DNA of 64,000 nt, from NCBI GenBank assembly GCA_030522375.1, contig CP130488.1, positions 442 to 64,441 of the forward strand. The letters run 5' to 3'. The notes under the pieces were generated by a model that was not told where the DNA came from, did no database searches, and saw only the letters and a list, made by a program, of their open reading frames with translations. A program made the position numbers and the translations under genes. This document shows positions 27,982 through 37,428 of this stretch, one piece after another; within the stretch, counting starts at the first letter, position 1; each line of letters starts with the position of its first letter. This DNA comes from Methanosuratincola petrocarbonis (GTDB lineage Archaea > Thermoproteota > Methanomethylicia > Methanomethylicales > Methanomethylicaceae).

Positions 27982-28953
27982 ATGGACGTTGGCGTAATTG
28001 GCGTAGGTGTGATGGGCAAAAACCATCTAAGAATATACTCTGAAATGAGAGGAGTTGGCGAAGTCTATGCTTACGATGTTGACAAGAATTCCTTGATGAA
28101 GGCTTGCAATGTAACTAATGCAACTCCATGCGACAGCCTGAAATCATTATTGAGGAAAGTTGATGCAGTAAGCATATGCGTCCCTACAAAATATCATTTC
28201 GAAACCGCGAAGAAAGTCTTTGAGTCCAACATCAATTTTCTGCTCGAAAAGCCAGTCACTATGACATTAAAAGAAGGTCTTGAGTTAGTGAAAATGGCAG
28301 AAAGGCTTAGCCATGTTGTTGTAGGGGTAGGGCACATAGAACGCTTTAATCCCATAGTGTCTGAAATAAAGAGCCTTATCGATCAGCCAAAATTAATTGA
28401 GATAAAGCGCCATAATCCGGCATCATCAAGAATAACCGATTCGGACATAACGTCCGATTTGATGATCCATGATATCGACATCATTTGGAATTACTTATTC
28501 GAGAAAAAACAAGAAAAACAACTCCATTCCGTTGGAAACCAGGACGTCAGGAAAGTTGTCGCAGAGTTTGACGACTGCATAGTATCTCTCTCCGCTAGCC
28601 GAATCTCTTGCAAAAAAATCAGAAACATAGTAGTCGAGTGCGACAAATTTACTATTGAGGGCGACTTTATGACTCAGGAGGTCTACCTTTATAAGAAGCC
28701 TGGCAAGTACCAGCAGGATACTACAAAATACACGCAGGAAAACATCATTGAAAAAGTGCTAATCAACAAAGTCGAACCTCTGAAAGAAGAGCTTAAGGTA
28801 TTTTTAGATTCCGTAAGAAATAGCAAAGCGTTCCCTGTGACATTGGAACAAGGCGTATCAAACATTTATTTGGCGAAGAAAATAGAGGGCGGTTCATCGT
28901 TCGCAAATGAAGTTATTCCAAGCCAAAGCCTCATAACAAAGTGCTTTGACTAA
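27982..28953 (+). CDS. Gfo/Idh/MocA-family NAD-dependent oxidoreductase, a WbpB-like UDP-sugar 3-dehydrogenase candidate.
   Basis: The N-terminus MDVGVIGVGVMGKNHLRIYSEM is a Rossmann motif, followed by the EKP motif (FLLEKPV). SD AGGAGTGA lies 8-14 nt upstream of the ATG. This is the first gene of the low-GC block, which starts abruptly at ~27970. Confidence 0.75.
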   Translation: MDVGVIGVGVMGKNHLRIYSEMRGVGEVYAYDVDKNSLMKACNVTNATPCDSLKSLLRKVDAVSICVPTKYHFETAKKVFESNINFLLEKPVTMTLKEGLELVKMAERLSHVVVGVGHIERFNPIVSEIKSLIDQPKLIEIKRHNPASSRITDSDITSDLMIHDIDIIWNYLFEKKQEKQLHSVGNQDVRKVVAEFDDCIVSLSASRISCKKIRNIVVECDKFTIEGDFMTQEVYLYKKPGKYQQDTTKYTQENIIEKVLINKVEPLKEELKVFLDSVRNSKAFPVTLEQGVSNIYLAKKIEGGSSFANEVIPSQSLITKCFD

Positions 28954-28987
28954 TAATTCTATGAGTATACAGAATGGGGAAATTCTA

Positions 28988-30169
28988 ATGGACATTTCAG
29001 TAATAGGCTTAGGAAAAGCAGGGCTGCCTCTTGCTGCAATAATTGCAGACAGTGGCTTTAATGTAACTGGAATAGACCTTGACAGCAAAAAGTGCGAGCT
29101 GATAAACTCTGGTGAAAATCCAATACCCGAAGAACCGGGTCTAGAATCTCTTATAAAAAAATATGGCGGCAAGTCGCTTCGTGCATTTACAGATTACTGT
29201 TCGGCGTCAAATTGTAAGGCATACATAATAATCGTTCCACTTTTCATCAATGAGTTTCGGGAGCCTGACTTCAGGACTCTGAAGGGTGCCGTGAAGAGCG
29301 TAGGAAAGATGCTGAAGAAAGGAGACTTGGTGGTTGTGGAAACCACAGTGCCTCCTCTGACCACAGAGGAACTTGTACTCCGCTGGCTGGAGGAGGAGAG
29401 TGGCATGCATTTAGGCGAATTCTATCTTGCTCACTCGCCAGAAAGAATTATGAGCGGCAATTGCATATCCCGCCTCCGCGAATTTCCGAAGGTTATTGGT
29501 GGCGTTGACAAGAAAAGCGGAATTGTGGCTTTCGAAATGTATAGGAAGTTCATACCAAATCTACATTTAGTCTCCTCGGCTAGGGTGGCTGAGTTCGTAA
29601 AAAATATCGAAGGTTGCTATAGAGATGTAAACATCGCGCTTGCAAATGAACTCTACAAAATAGCCGAAGAGCTGGGCATTGAATTCTACGAATCGCGGGA
29701 GCATGCTAACCACGAGTATTGCCACTTGCTTTTGCCGTCAACGGGCGTAGGGGGGCACTGCATCCCAGTTTATCCTTGGTTTCTGATAAAAGAGATGGAG
29801 CGAAAAGGAAAGGACGAGTTTGCCGACTTGCTCCGGAAATCAAGGGAAATAAACGATAAAATGATTGAATATTGGGCAAATAAAATCGTCATTGCGTGCT
29901 TAAAGATCGATAAACCGTTGAACAAAATCACGATATGCATAAAGGGAATTACTTACCGAAAAGGGGTCAAGGAGCTTTTCCACAGCCGGAACCTGGCACT
30001 CGCAAAACTTTTGGCAGACAAGGGTTTCAGGATCTCCATCTATGACGAAATGTTCACCAGAGAAGAAATTGAAAAGCTTGGCCTTGCATGGGGCGACCCA
30101 GATTTAGCCGACTTGACATTCGATCCATTTGATTTGAAGATTAAACTGAATGCGCAAAAAAATGTATAA
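28988..30169 (+). CDS. UDP-sugar 6-dehydrogenase family protein, a WbpA/WecC-like UDP-N-acetylhexosamine dehydrogenase candidate.
   Basis: The N-terminus MDISVIGLGKAGLPLAAIIADSGFNVTGIDLD is NAD-binding. The catalytic Cys region is STGVGGHCIPVYPWF. An alternative ATG lies at 28961. Confidence 0.75.
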   Translation: MDISVIGLGKAGLPLAAIIADSGFNVTGIDLDSKKCELINSGENPIPEEPGLESLIKKYGGKSLRAFTDYCSASNCKAYIIIVPLFINEFREPDFRTLKGAVKSVGKMLKKGDLVVVETTVPPLTTEELVLRWLEEESGMHLGEFYLAHSPERIMSGNCISRLREFPKVIGGVDKKSGIVAFEMYRKFIPNLHLVSSARVAEFVKNIEGCYRDVNIALANELYKIAEELGIEFYESREHANHEYCHLLLPSTGVGGHCIPVYPWFLIKEMERKGKDEFADLLRKSREINDKMIEYWANKIVIACLKIDKPLNKITICIKGITYRKGVKELFHSRNLALAKLLADKGFRISIYDEMFTREEIEKLGLAWGDPDLADLTFDPFDLKIKLNAQKNV

Positions 30170-30914
30170 AGGTTTCAGAATCGGGGTTTCGGTACCGGCT
30201 TATAACGAAGAAAATTTGATCTTGAAAACTCTCCAAGGGATCCCCAGTTTTGTAGACAAAATCTATGTCGTAGATGATGCCTCAACGGACAGAACCTCCG
30301 AAAAAGTAAAAAACTACGCCGATAGCCGAGTCGTTTTATTGAAACACAGCAGGAATAAGGGGGTAGGCGGTGCCATCGTCACTGCATGGAAGATGGGGTT
30401 GAACGAGGTTGACATTCTTGCAGTGATGGCAGGTGATAACCAGATGGATCCTGGCGATCTTCCTTCTCTCTTGGACCCAATCGTGGAAGGGAAAGTGGAC
30501 TTCACAAAGGGTAACCGGTTTATGAAAAAATATGATTTGAAAATGAGTGCTTGGAGGCGGTTTGGAACAGCGGTTTTGACGGTTTTGAATAAAATAGCGA
30601 CAGGCTATTGGAATATCGGTGACCCCCAAAATGGGTATGTTGCCATTTCTTCCTCCGCACTAAAGAAGATTGATTTAGACGAACTTTACAAGGGATATGC
30701 TTTTGAGAATGACCTGTTGTTGAAGGCTAAGATAGCAGGACTGAGGGTTGTAAGCGTTCCCGTTACGATAAGATACAAAATAGGGGAACAATCGAAAATT
30801 AAATATTCCAAATTCATAGCAAAAATATCTTGGTATATGCTGAGGTCATTCTTATGGCGCATCTATGTCCAGCATTTCAGGAATCTTAAAACTCGGGAAT
30901 ACGATATCATTTAA
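30150..30914 (+). CDS. Family 2 glycosyltransferase (Dpm1-like, polyprenyl-phosphate sugar transferase type).
   Basis: The N-terminus IGVSVPAYNEENLILKTL is followed by VVDDASTDRT (a DxD-type motif) and DAD-like residues. The protein is 254 aa. Confidence 0.75.
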   Translation: MRKKMYKGFRIGVSVPAYNEENLILKTLQGIPSFVDKIYVVDDASTDRTSEKVKNYADSRVVLLKHSRNKGVGGAIVTAWKMGLNEVDILAVMAGDNQMDPGDLPSLLDPIVEGKVDFTKGNRFMKKYDLKMSAWRRFGTAVLTVLNKIATGYWNIGDPQNGYVAISSSALKKIDLDELYKGYAFENDLLLKAKIAGLRVVSVPVTIRYKIGEQSKIKYSKFIAKISWYMLRSFLWRIYVQHFRNLKTREYDII

Positions 30915-30939
30915 AAAATAAAAGCATAATGATCGACCA

Positions 30940-32043
30940 ATGAAACGAATAGCAATCTTTGTGAACACCCCAGCACAGCTGCATTTCTATCGAAACATAG
31001 CCAAGAGGCTTGAGCAAAAAGGAAACCAAGTCAATATGCTGTTCAGGGATTACGGAGAGACTCTGCGATTAGCTCAAGAATTTGGTTTTAATCCACTAAT
31101 CTTCTCAAAACAGCGACCCACTTCGCTACAAAAAATGATTTTTTTCCCAGTCGACATTATGCGTTCGGTTAGGATTTTTCGCGGGCAAAATCCAGATGTC
31201 GTAACAGGATTCGGCATCGACAGCGTATATGCTTCCGCATTTGCTGGATCTAAAAGCATTGTCTTCAGTGATTCCGAGCCTAGATCGCATCGTCTACTGC
31301 ATTTTCAATACGATCTTTTCAAACCCTTAACGGATGTGATTATTACGCCTTCTTCATTCTTGGATGACCTGGGGAGCAAACATATCCGAGTGAACAGCTA
31401 TAAGGAACTCGCCTACTTGCACCCAAATTGCTTTCAACCAAGCAACGACATATTCGATCTCTTGGGCATTTCAAGAAACGAAGACTTCGCTATCCTTAGA
31501 TTCAATGCTTTCGATGCTGTGCACGATCTACAAATCTCAGGCTTCAATTCAGAGCAAAAAGTGAAGCTCGTTGAAACTCTTGACCGTCACGCCCATGTCT
31601 TCGTCTCTGCCGAAGGGAGCGTTCCAAAGCGAATCGAAAAGAACGTCCTCAAAATCCCCAAGAGAAGAATACATGACCTCCTATACTACGCCAAGCTTTT
31701 CGTTACCGATACGCAAACTATGGCTACAGAGGCAGCCATTCTTGGCACGCCCACAATCCGAAGCAACAATTTTGTAGACGAAAAAAGGGAAATGGGTAAC
31801 TTCCTTGAGCTAGAAAAAAAATACGGGCTTCTGTTTAGTATTTGCGATAGAAATAGAGCGATTTCCTTGGCAGAGGAATTGATAAAGTATGATGGTCTGA
31901 AAAAGGAATGGACAAGAAGGCGCGAGGTTTTATTGAAGGATAAAATTGACATTTCGTCGTTCATGACTTGGTTTATCGAAAACTATCCCGAAAGCTGCAA
32001 GGAAATCAAATCCGATTCGAAAATCCAGTTCAAATTCAGGTAA
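30940..32043 (+). CDS. DUF354-family protein, a predicted glycosyltransferase/epimerase-fold enzyme.
   Basis: The N-terminus MKRIAIFVNTPAQLHFYRNIAKRLEQKGNQVNMLFRDYGETLRLAQEFGF matches the DUF354 N-terminal pattern. The 367-aa length also fits. Confidence 0.55.
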   Translation: MKRIAIFVNTPAQLHFYRNIAKRLEQKGNQVNMLFRDYGETLRLAQEFGFNPLIFSKQRPTSLQKMIFFPVDIMRSVRIFRGQNPDVVTGFGIDSVYASAFAGSKSIVFSDSEPRSHRLLHFQYDLFKPLTDVIITPSSFLDDLGSKHIRVNSYKELAYLHPNCFQPSNDIFDLLGISRNEDFAILRFNAFDAVHDLQISGFNSEQKVKLVETLDRHAHVFVSAEGSVPKRIEKNVLKIPKRRIHDLLYYAKLFVTDTQTMATEAAILGTPTIRSNNFVDEKREMGNFLELEKKYGLLFSICDRNRAISLAEELIKYDGLKKEWTRRREVLLKDKIDISSFMTWFIENYPESCKEIKSDSKIQFKFR

Positions 32044-32044
32044 A

Positions 32045-33124
32045 ATGCGGGTTGCGACTGTGGTAGGGGCACGCCCTCAATTCATCAAGATGGCACCCTT
32101 GTCAAGGGAGCTCCGAAAATATTTCGAGGAGATCGTAATACACACAGGTCAGCACTACGATTACGAGATGGACCGCATATTCTTCGAACAGCTAAACATA
32201 CCTCCCCCAGATTACAACCTGGGCGTTGGGTCAGGCTTTCATGGCTACCAAACAGGTGAGATGCTCAAACGAATAGAGGATGTGTTGATAAAGGAAAGCC
32301 CAGATCTGGTCATTGTCTATGGCGACACCAACTCGACGCTGGCAGGTGCCCTTGCGGCCGCGAAGCTTCGAATAAGGGTAGCGCATGTAGAGGCTGGCTT
32401 GAGGTGTTTTGATAGAACGGTTCCTGAGGAAGTAAATAGGGTTCTTACAGATCATATTAGTGATTTGCTATTCGTTCCTACTGAGCGTGCCGTAAAAAAC
32501 CTCTACAACGAGGGAATAAAAAACGGTGTTTATCTGACAGGCGACGTCATGCTTGACGCTTTATTGCATAACATAACAATCGCTGAAAAAGAATCTAAAA
32601 TAATTCAAGAACTTGGCGTTGAGGCGAAATCTTATTTGCTTGTAACAGTTCATAGAGCAGAAAATACTGATAATAGAGCAAGACTTGAAAACATAATTGA
32701 ATGCTTGGTAAAGTGCAAAAGAAAAACAATCTTCCCGATCCATCCGAGGACTAAAGCATTTTTAGAAAAGTATAGCCTGCTTGATAAACTAAAAAACGCG
32801 GATCACATAATCTTGACGAAACCCCTAAGCTATTTTGACATGCTTGTTCTGGAAAAAAACGCAAGACAAATCATAACAGATTCAGGCGGCGTCCAAAAGG
32901 AGGCTTACTCTTTTAAAACGCCATGCATAACTCTTAGAAAAGTGACTGAGTGGCCAGAGACAGTTGAAGACGGGTTGAACATCTTAGTGGGTGATGATTA
33001 CGACCTCTTATTGGATATGATTTGGAAATTTGAGCCAGTCGGCGGGACTTACAGCTTCAGGTTTGGACATGGGGACGCAAGCTCAAGGGTTGTGCAAATT
33101 ATGAAAAATATTTTATGCGCTTGA
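32045..33124 (+). CDS. wecB: UDP-N-acetylglucosamine 2-epimerase, second copy and island paralog of 5450-6523.
   Basis: Motifs MRVATVVGARPQFIKMAPL...HTGQHYDYEMD...NLGVGSGFHG...TNSTLAGALAAAKL are present. SD AGGT lies upstream. Confidence 0.85.
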   Translation: MRVATVVGARPQFIKMAPLSRELRKYFEEIVIHTGQHYDYEMDRIFFEQLNIPPPDYNLGVGSGFHGYQTGEMLKRIEDVLIKESPDLVIVYGDTNSTLAGALAAAKLRIRVAHVEAGLRCFDRTVPEEVNRVLTDHISDLLFVPTERAVKNLYNEGIKNGVYLTGDVMLDALLHNITIAEKESKIIQELGVEAKSYLLVTVHRAENTDNRARLENIIECLVKCKRKTIFPIHPRTKAFLEKYSLLDKLKNADHIILTKPLSYFDMLVLEKNARQIITDSGGVQKEAYSFKTPCITLRKVTEWPETVEDGLNILVGDDYDLLLDMIWKFEPVGGTYSFRFGHGDASSRVVQIMKNILCA

Positions 33125-33305
33125 CTAAGCGTAATTTTATGCGCGCGCAATTGTATGCGATTTGCCAAGATGAAAAGGTTAAAGCTATTGAGTCTCAAAA
33201 TACTTCAGTACTCTATACTCTTTGTGTATAGATTGGTTTTCAAATAAAAATGTTTGATATAAAACTAAACTATGATTATAGTAATAAATAGTAAATAATT
33301 GGAAT

Positions 33306-34511
33306 ATGGGGTGTGTTTATAAAAGCAAAATTATTAAGAAATCTATTTATAATTTATATAATTATGTAAAAAAAGAAAATCATATTGGATTTGATCCTTA
33401 TGATGGCTTAAGCGGAAAAATGCAACGATATTATAATATAAAATATTTAAATATAATTTTATTACAATTTAATTTATATTCATTTGTAAATTTACGAAAA
33501 ATACTTGGCATAAAAAAGGGTTGTGCAAACAAGGCTTTAGCCATTTTTTCAAGATCCTACTTTTTACTATATCTAATTACAAAAGAAAAGGAATTTCTTG
33601 ATAATGCAATTAAATTGTTCGATATTTTAAAGGAAAGAAATCTTTTAAATAATAAAGATAATTATACGTGCTCAAGTCATTATTTTACATACCTTGCACC
33701 AGGCCATTATTTGACCACCTCTGTACCTGACATTATCTGTACCACGGAGTTTGTTAAATCTTCAGTTTTGGCATATGAAGTATTGGGAAAGTCTCAATAC
33801 CTTGAATATGCAGAAAAGGGAATTAATTACTTATTTTACAATTTATTGACTTCAAAAACTGGATATGGTTGTTACTTTAAGTACACTCCATATGAGGAAA
33901 CTAAAATTGTACTGAATGCGTCAGCTGTGGCGCTAGATGCTTTTTCTTATTTTTACAAGCATAGCCAAAATAAGAAATTTTTAGAGCTTGGGAAAAAAGT
34001 TGCAAGAACTCTTCTGCATTACCAGCGTGAAGATGGTGCATGGCCTTATTCTATTTACTTTAAAAATAATTTGCAATATTGGCAGGTCGACTTCCATCAA
34101 GGCTACATTATTGATGGGTTGATACATTTTTTTGATTGCGTGGCAGAATCAGATCTAACCTCAAAAATGAAGACAGCACTAGGAAAAGGAATTGATTTTT
34201 ACTGTCAAAAGCAATACCGAGGCAATGGGACTTTCTATTATAGGTATCCTATTAAGTACCCAATTGACATTCATAATCAAGCGCAAGGCATAATTACATT
34301 TGCCAATCTCTTTGACTTTACTGGAGATTATAAATACTTAGAACTCGCTGAAAGAGTTGCATTATATACTATTGAAAAAATGCAAGATGATGAAGGATAC
34401 TTCTACACGCACAAATATCCTTTATTTACGAATAAAATACCTTACATGCGTTGGGGACAGGCGTGGATGATGTTGGCTTTAACAAATCTTCTAATGGCAC
34501 TAAAAAAATGA
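33306..34511 (+). CDS. Hypothetical protein (401 aa) in the glycan island, possibly a glycan-modifying enzyme. It lies in the lowest-GC part of the island (~27 % GC).
   Basis: The ORF is long, uninterrupted and soluble. No motif could be assigned with confidence. Its context suggests a glycan-related function. Confidence 0.4.
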   Translation: MGCVYKSKIIKKSIYNLYNYVKKENHIGFDPYDGLSGKMQRYYNIKYLNIILLQFNLYSFVNLRKILGIKKGCANKALAIFSRSYFLLYLITKEKEFLDNAIKLFDILKERNLLNNKDNYTCSSHYFTYLAPGHYLTTSVPDIICTTEFVKSSVLAYEVLGKSQYLEYAEKGINYLFYNLLTSKTGYGCYFKYTPYEETKIVLNASAVALDAFSYFYKHSQNKKFLELGKKVARTLLHYQREDGAWPYSIYFKNNLQYWQVDFHQGYIIDGLIHFFDCVAESDLTSKMKTALGKGIDFYCQKQYRGNGTFYYRYPIKYPIDIHNQAQGIITFANLFDFTGDYKYLELAERVALYTIEKMQDDEGYFYTHKYPLFTNKIPYMRWGQAWMMLALTNLLMALKK

Positions 34512-35593
34512 AAGTCTTAATGATCGCACCAATTGGAAAAGCAGGTGGTGTTTCGACTCATTCTCAAGAATTGGTGAGAGAACTTCGGGGTTTAGGGATA
34601 ATGGTTGAAGTCTATAATGTAACGACTTCTATAAAACCAAGATTTATTGCTAATTTTATTAAATTTTATAAAAGAAGTTTCGGGGTCTTCATCAATATTT
34701 TCATTCGTAGGGGTTTTGATATAGTTCATGTACAAGCATCCGGTCCTATGGGTGGTTTCTTGCCTGCAATAAGTGCAGCAATTGTTAGAAAAATCGTAAA
34801 TTTTCCTTTAGTAGTGACTTTTCATTATTCTCGAACATCTGAATTTATTATAAAAAATAAATTTTTTAAATTTGTAATGGAATCATCAAAATTTTTTATT
34901 GTTGTATCTAAAAATCAGAAAAATATCATAATTAATGAAATAAATTATATAGAAAAAGTTAAAGTTATATCAAATGGTTTCAATCCAAAAAATCTTTTCC
35001 CAATTGACTGCATTTTTGCAAGGAAATATTTGAGTCTACCCTATAATAAAAAAGTAATTTTTCATGTTAGTAATCTTCTTCCTGTAAAAGGTCAAAAATA
35101 TTTAATTATAGGAATGAAGAAGATTTTAGAAAAACGCAAAGATGTGCTGCTTTTTATCGGTGGGAAAGGCCCATTAAAACACGAGCTTCAAAAACAAATT
35201 ATCGCACTGAAACTTGAAGATAACATTAAGCTTTTGGGTTTCATTCCAGATGATAAACTGGCACTATGGATGAATGCTGCCGATCTGTTTGTTTTACCTA
35301 GCCTGAGTGAGGGCAACCCCACAGTCATGTTCGAAAGCCTCGGTGTCGGCCTCCCCTTCGTGGGCACAAGGGTCGGCGGAGTGCCTGAGATAATAACCTC
35401 GGACGAATACGGCCTCCTGGCTGAGCCAGGCAACCCCGACGACCTGGCGGAGAAGATATTGGTCGCTCTTGAGAAGGAATGGGACCGTGAGAAGATTCGT
35501 GATTACGCCAGGCAGTTCACTTGGGAAAACATAGCCAAGCAGCTGATTAAAGTGTACGAGGAAGTCCTGAGCAAAAGTCCTTCTGGTGAGTAA
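34508..35593 (+). CDS. Family 4 (GT-B) glycosyltransferase. The last ~100 codons switch to host-like high GC.
   Basis: The ATG overlaps the previous stop (ATGA). A C-terminal EX7E-like region reads SLSEGNPTVMFESLGVGLPFVGTRVGGVPEII. A GC jump occurs near 35290. Confidence 0.75.
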   Translation: MKVLMIAPIGKAGGVSTHSQELVRELRGLGIMVEVYNVTTSIKPRFIANFIKFYKRSFGVFINIFIRRGFDIVHVQASGPMGGFLPAISAAIVRKIVNFPLVVTFHYSRTSEFIIKNKFFKFVMESSKFFIVVSKNQKNIIINEINYIEKVKVISNGFNPKNLFPIDCIFARKYLSLPYNKKVIFHVSNLLPVKGQKYLIIGMKKILEKRKDVLLFIGGKGPLKHELQKQIIALKLEDNIKLLGFIPDDKLALWMNAADLFVLPSLSEGNPTVMFESLGVGLPFVGTRVGGVPEIITSDEYGLLAEPGNPDDLAEKILVALEKEWDREKIRDYARQFTWENIAKQLIKVYEEVLSKSPSGE

Positions 35594-36290
35594 GATGCTC
35601 TTTATATCGAAAAAAGCAAAGGTGTCAGGGTCAATCGAGGGGGAAGCAGTGGTATTGGGCCCCTCCGAGGTGGGCGGTGGATCCGTGATAGGGAACAACG
35701 TGGTCATCGGCTATCCCATCCGTAGAAAGATCCTCCAGGTGCCCAATGCATCGTTTCTGGAGTACGACGCCGCAAGTTCTGGCGCAAAGGTAGGTCCCCG
35801 CTGCATAGTCAGATCCAACTCCACGATATACGAAGGCTCTTCGCTTGAGGAGGCGGTTGAGCTCGGGCACGGAGTCCTTGTGAGGGAAAAATGCGAGATC
35901 GGCGCAGGAGCTAGGATAGGGACTTTTGCTGTAGTCGACGGGAGCGTCTGCATTGGGAGCAGGTGCAGCATCCAGACTGGAGTCTACTTGCCGCCCGGTA
36001 CTGTGGTTGGCTCCGATGTGTTCATGGGTCCTTACGTGACCGTGACCAACGACCGATACCCTCCTTCGCCGAAGACCTCCGGAGTTGTGATCGAGAGCGG
36101 CGCCGTGATAGGGAGCCGTGCCGTCCTGATCGCCGGGATCCGTGTTGGCTCCGGAGCTGTTGTAGGGGCGGGCGCTGTGGTGACGAGGGATGTGCCCCCG
36201 GGCGACGTAGTTCTGGGCGTACCCGCGAGGAGGGTAATGGGAAGGGACGAATATGACAGGAAGCAAAAGGACTTCGTTTCCTTAAAGTAG
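35586..36290 (+). CDS. Left-handed beta-helix (hexapeptide-repeat) acyltransferase, a WbpD/PglD-like sugar N-acetyltransferase candidate.
   Basis: Repeated [LIV]G-x4 hexapeptides occur (VIGNNVVIG, RIGTFAVVDGSVCIGSRCSI, VIGSRAVLIAGIRVGSGAVVGAGAVV). The gene is high GC. Confidence 0.75.
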   Translation: MSKMLFISKKAKVSGSIEGEAVVLGPSEVGGGSVIGNNVVIGYPIRRKILQVPNASFLEYDAASSGAKVGPRCIVRSNSTIYEGSSLEEAVELGHGVLVREKCEIGAGARIGTFAVVDGSVCIGSRCSIQTGVYLPPGTVVGSDVFMGPYVTVTNDRYPPSPKTSGVVIESGAVIGSRAVLIAGIRVGSGAVVGAGAVVTRDVPPGDVVLGVPARRVMGRDEYDRKQKDFVSLK

Positions 36291-36305
36291 CAGGGTGGAA
36301 TTCGT

Positions 36306-37406
36306 ATGATACCGATAAACAAGCCGATTCTGGGGAAGGAAGAGATCGAGGCTGTCGCGAAGGTGATCGAGAGCGGCGCCCTCACCAACCCCGCCCCCGA
36401 GGGGGGGTCAGTCTGCAGGGCGTTCGAGCAGGAGCTTGCCTCTTACTGCAATGCGAAGCACGCTGTCGCATGCAACTCCGGTACCGCCGCGCTCCAGATG
36501 GCGCTTATGGCTGCTGGAGTCGGTCCAGGGGACGAGGTGATCGTCCCGTCCTTCACATTCGTGGCGACCGCAAGCTCCGTGCTCCTGGTTGGCGCCAGGC
36601 CGGTCTTTGTCGACATCGATCCGGATACATACAATATGGACCCAGAGCAATTCAGGAGGGCGATCACCCCGAGGACGAAGGCAGTGGTCCCCGTTGACCT
36701 GTACGGGCTGCCCGCTGCCATGGACGAGATAAAAGAGATCGCCCGCCAAAGTGGCATAATTGTCATAGAGGATGCCTGCCAGGCGCAAGGGGCTTCCTAC
36801 AAGGGCAAGATGGCGGGGACGCTTGGGGACATGGGGTGCTTCAGCTTCTACCCCGGGAAGGTAATGACTACGGGGGAGGGCGGGGCTGTGATCACGGACG
36901 ACGATGAGCTGGCAGAGCGCCTCCGCAGGATTAGGACCCACGGGCAGGTCAAGGGTTACGACTCCGTGATGCTCGGGGGAAACTTCAGGATGACCGAGAT
37001 GGCGGCTGCGATAGGCAGAGTCCAGCTAAAGCGCCTCCCGGGCTTCCTCTCTGTTAGGGAAAAGAACGCGGCGCAGCTTCTGGAGCTGCTTGATGGATCG
37101 AGCCTAAAACTGCCTGAGGTGCCTGGTAGATACAAGCACAACTGGTATTTGTTCACCGTAAAATGCAAAACAAATAAAGAAAGAGAATCCCTAAAATCCT
37201 CGCTGCTCGAGGCGGGTTTTGGAGTTGCCGTCTACTATCCAATTCCGTTGCACAAAATTCCTTTATTTAATGATTATTCGGATGATTTTATCAAAACTGC
37301 TGAACGCTGTTCTGAAGATGTTCTTTCGTTGCCAGTTAATCCTGCAGTTAGTTATGATGATATTATTAATATGGTTAATATAGTAAAATTTAAAGTAATA
37401 TTGTAA
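36306..37406 (+). CDS. DegT/DnrJ/EryC1/StrS-family PLP-dependent sugar aminotransferase (WbpE-like). The 3' ~250 nt revert to AT-rich composition.
   Basis: Family motifs are MIPINKPILGKEEIEAVAKVIESGAL and FSFYPGKVMTTGEGGAV. A PLP lysine context is present. SD GGGTGGA lies upstream. Confidence 0.8.
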   Translation: MIPINKPILGKEEIEAVAKVIESGALTNPAPEGGSVCRAFEQELASYCNAKHAVACNSGTAALQMALMAAGVGPGDEVIVPSFTFVATASSVLLVGARPVFVDIDPDTYNMDPEQFRRAITPRTKAVVPVDLYGLPAAMDEIKEIARQSGIIVIEDACQAQGASYKGKMAGTLGDMGCFSFYPGKVMTTGEGGAVITDDDELAERLRRIRTHGQVKGYDSVMLGGNFRMTEMAAAIGRVQLKRLPGFLSVREKNAAQLLELLDGSSLKLPEVPGRYKHNWYLFTVKCKTNKERESLKSSLLEAGFGVAVYYPIPLHKIPLFNDYSDDFIKTAERCSEDVLSLPVNPAVSYDDIINMVNIVKFKVIL

Positions 37407-37428
37407 TAAAAATTTTTAATTAATAAAT

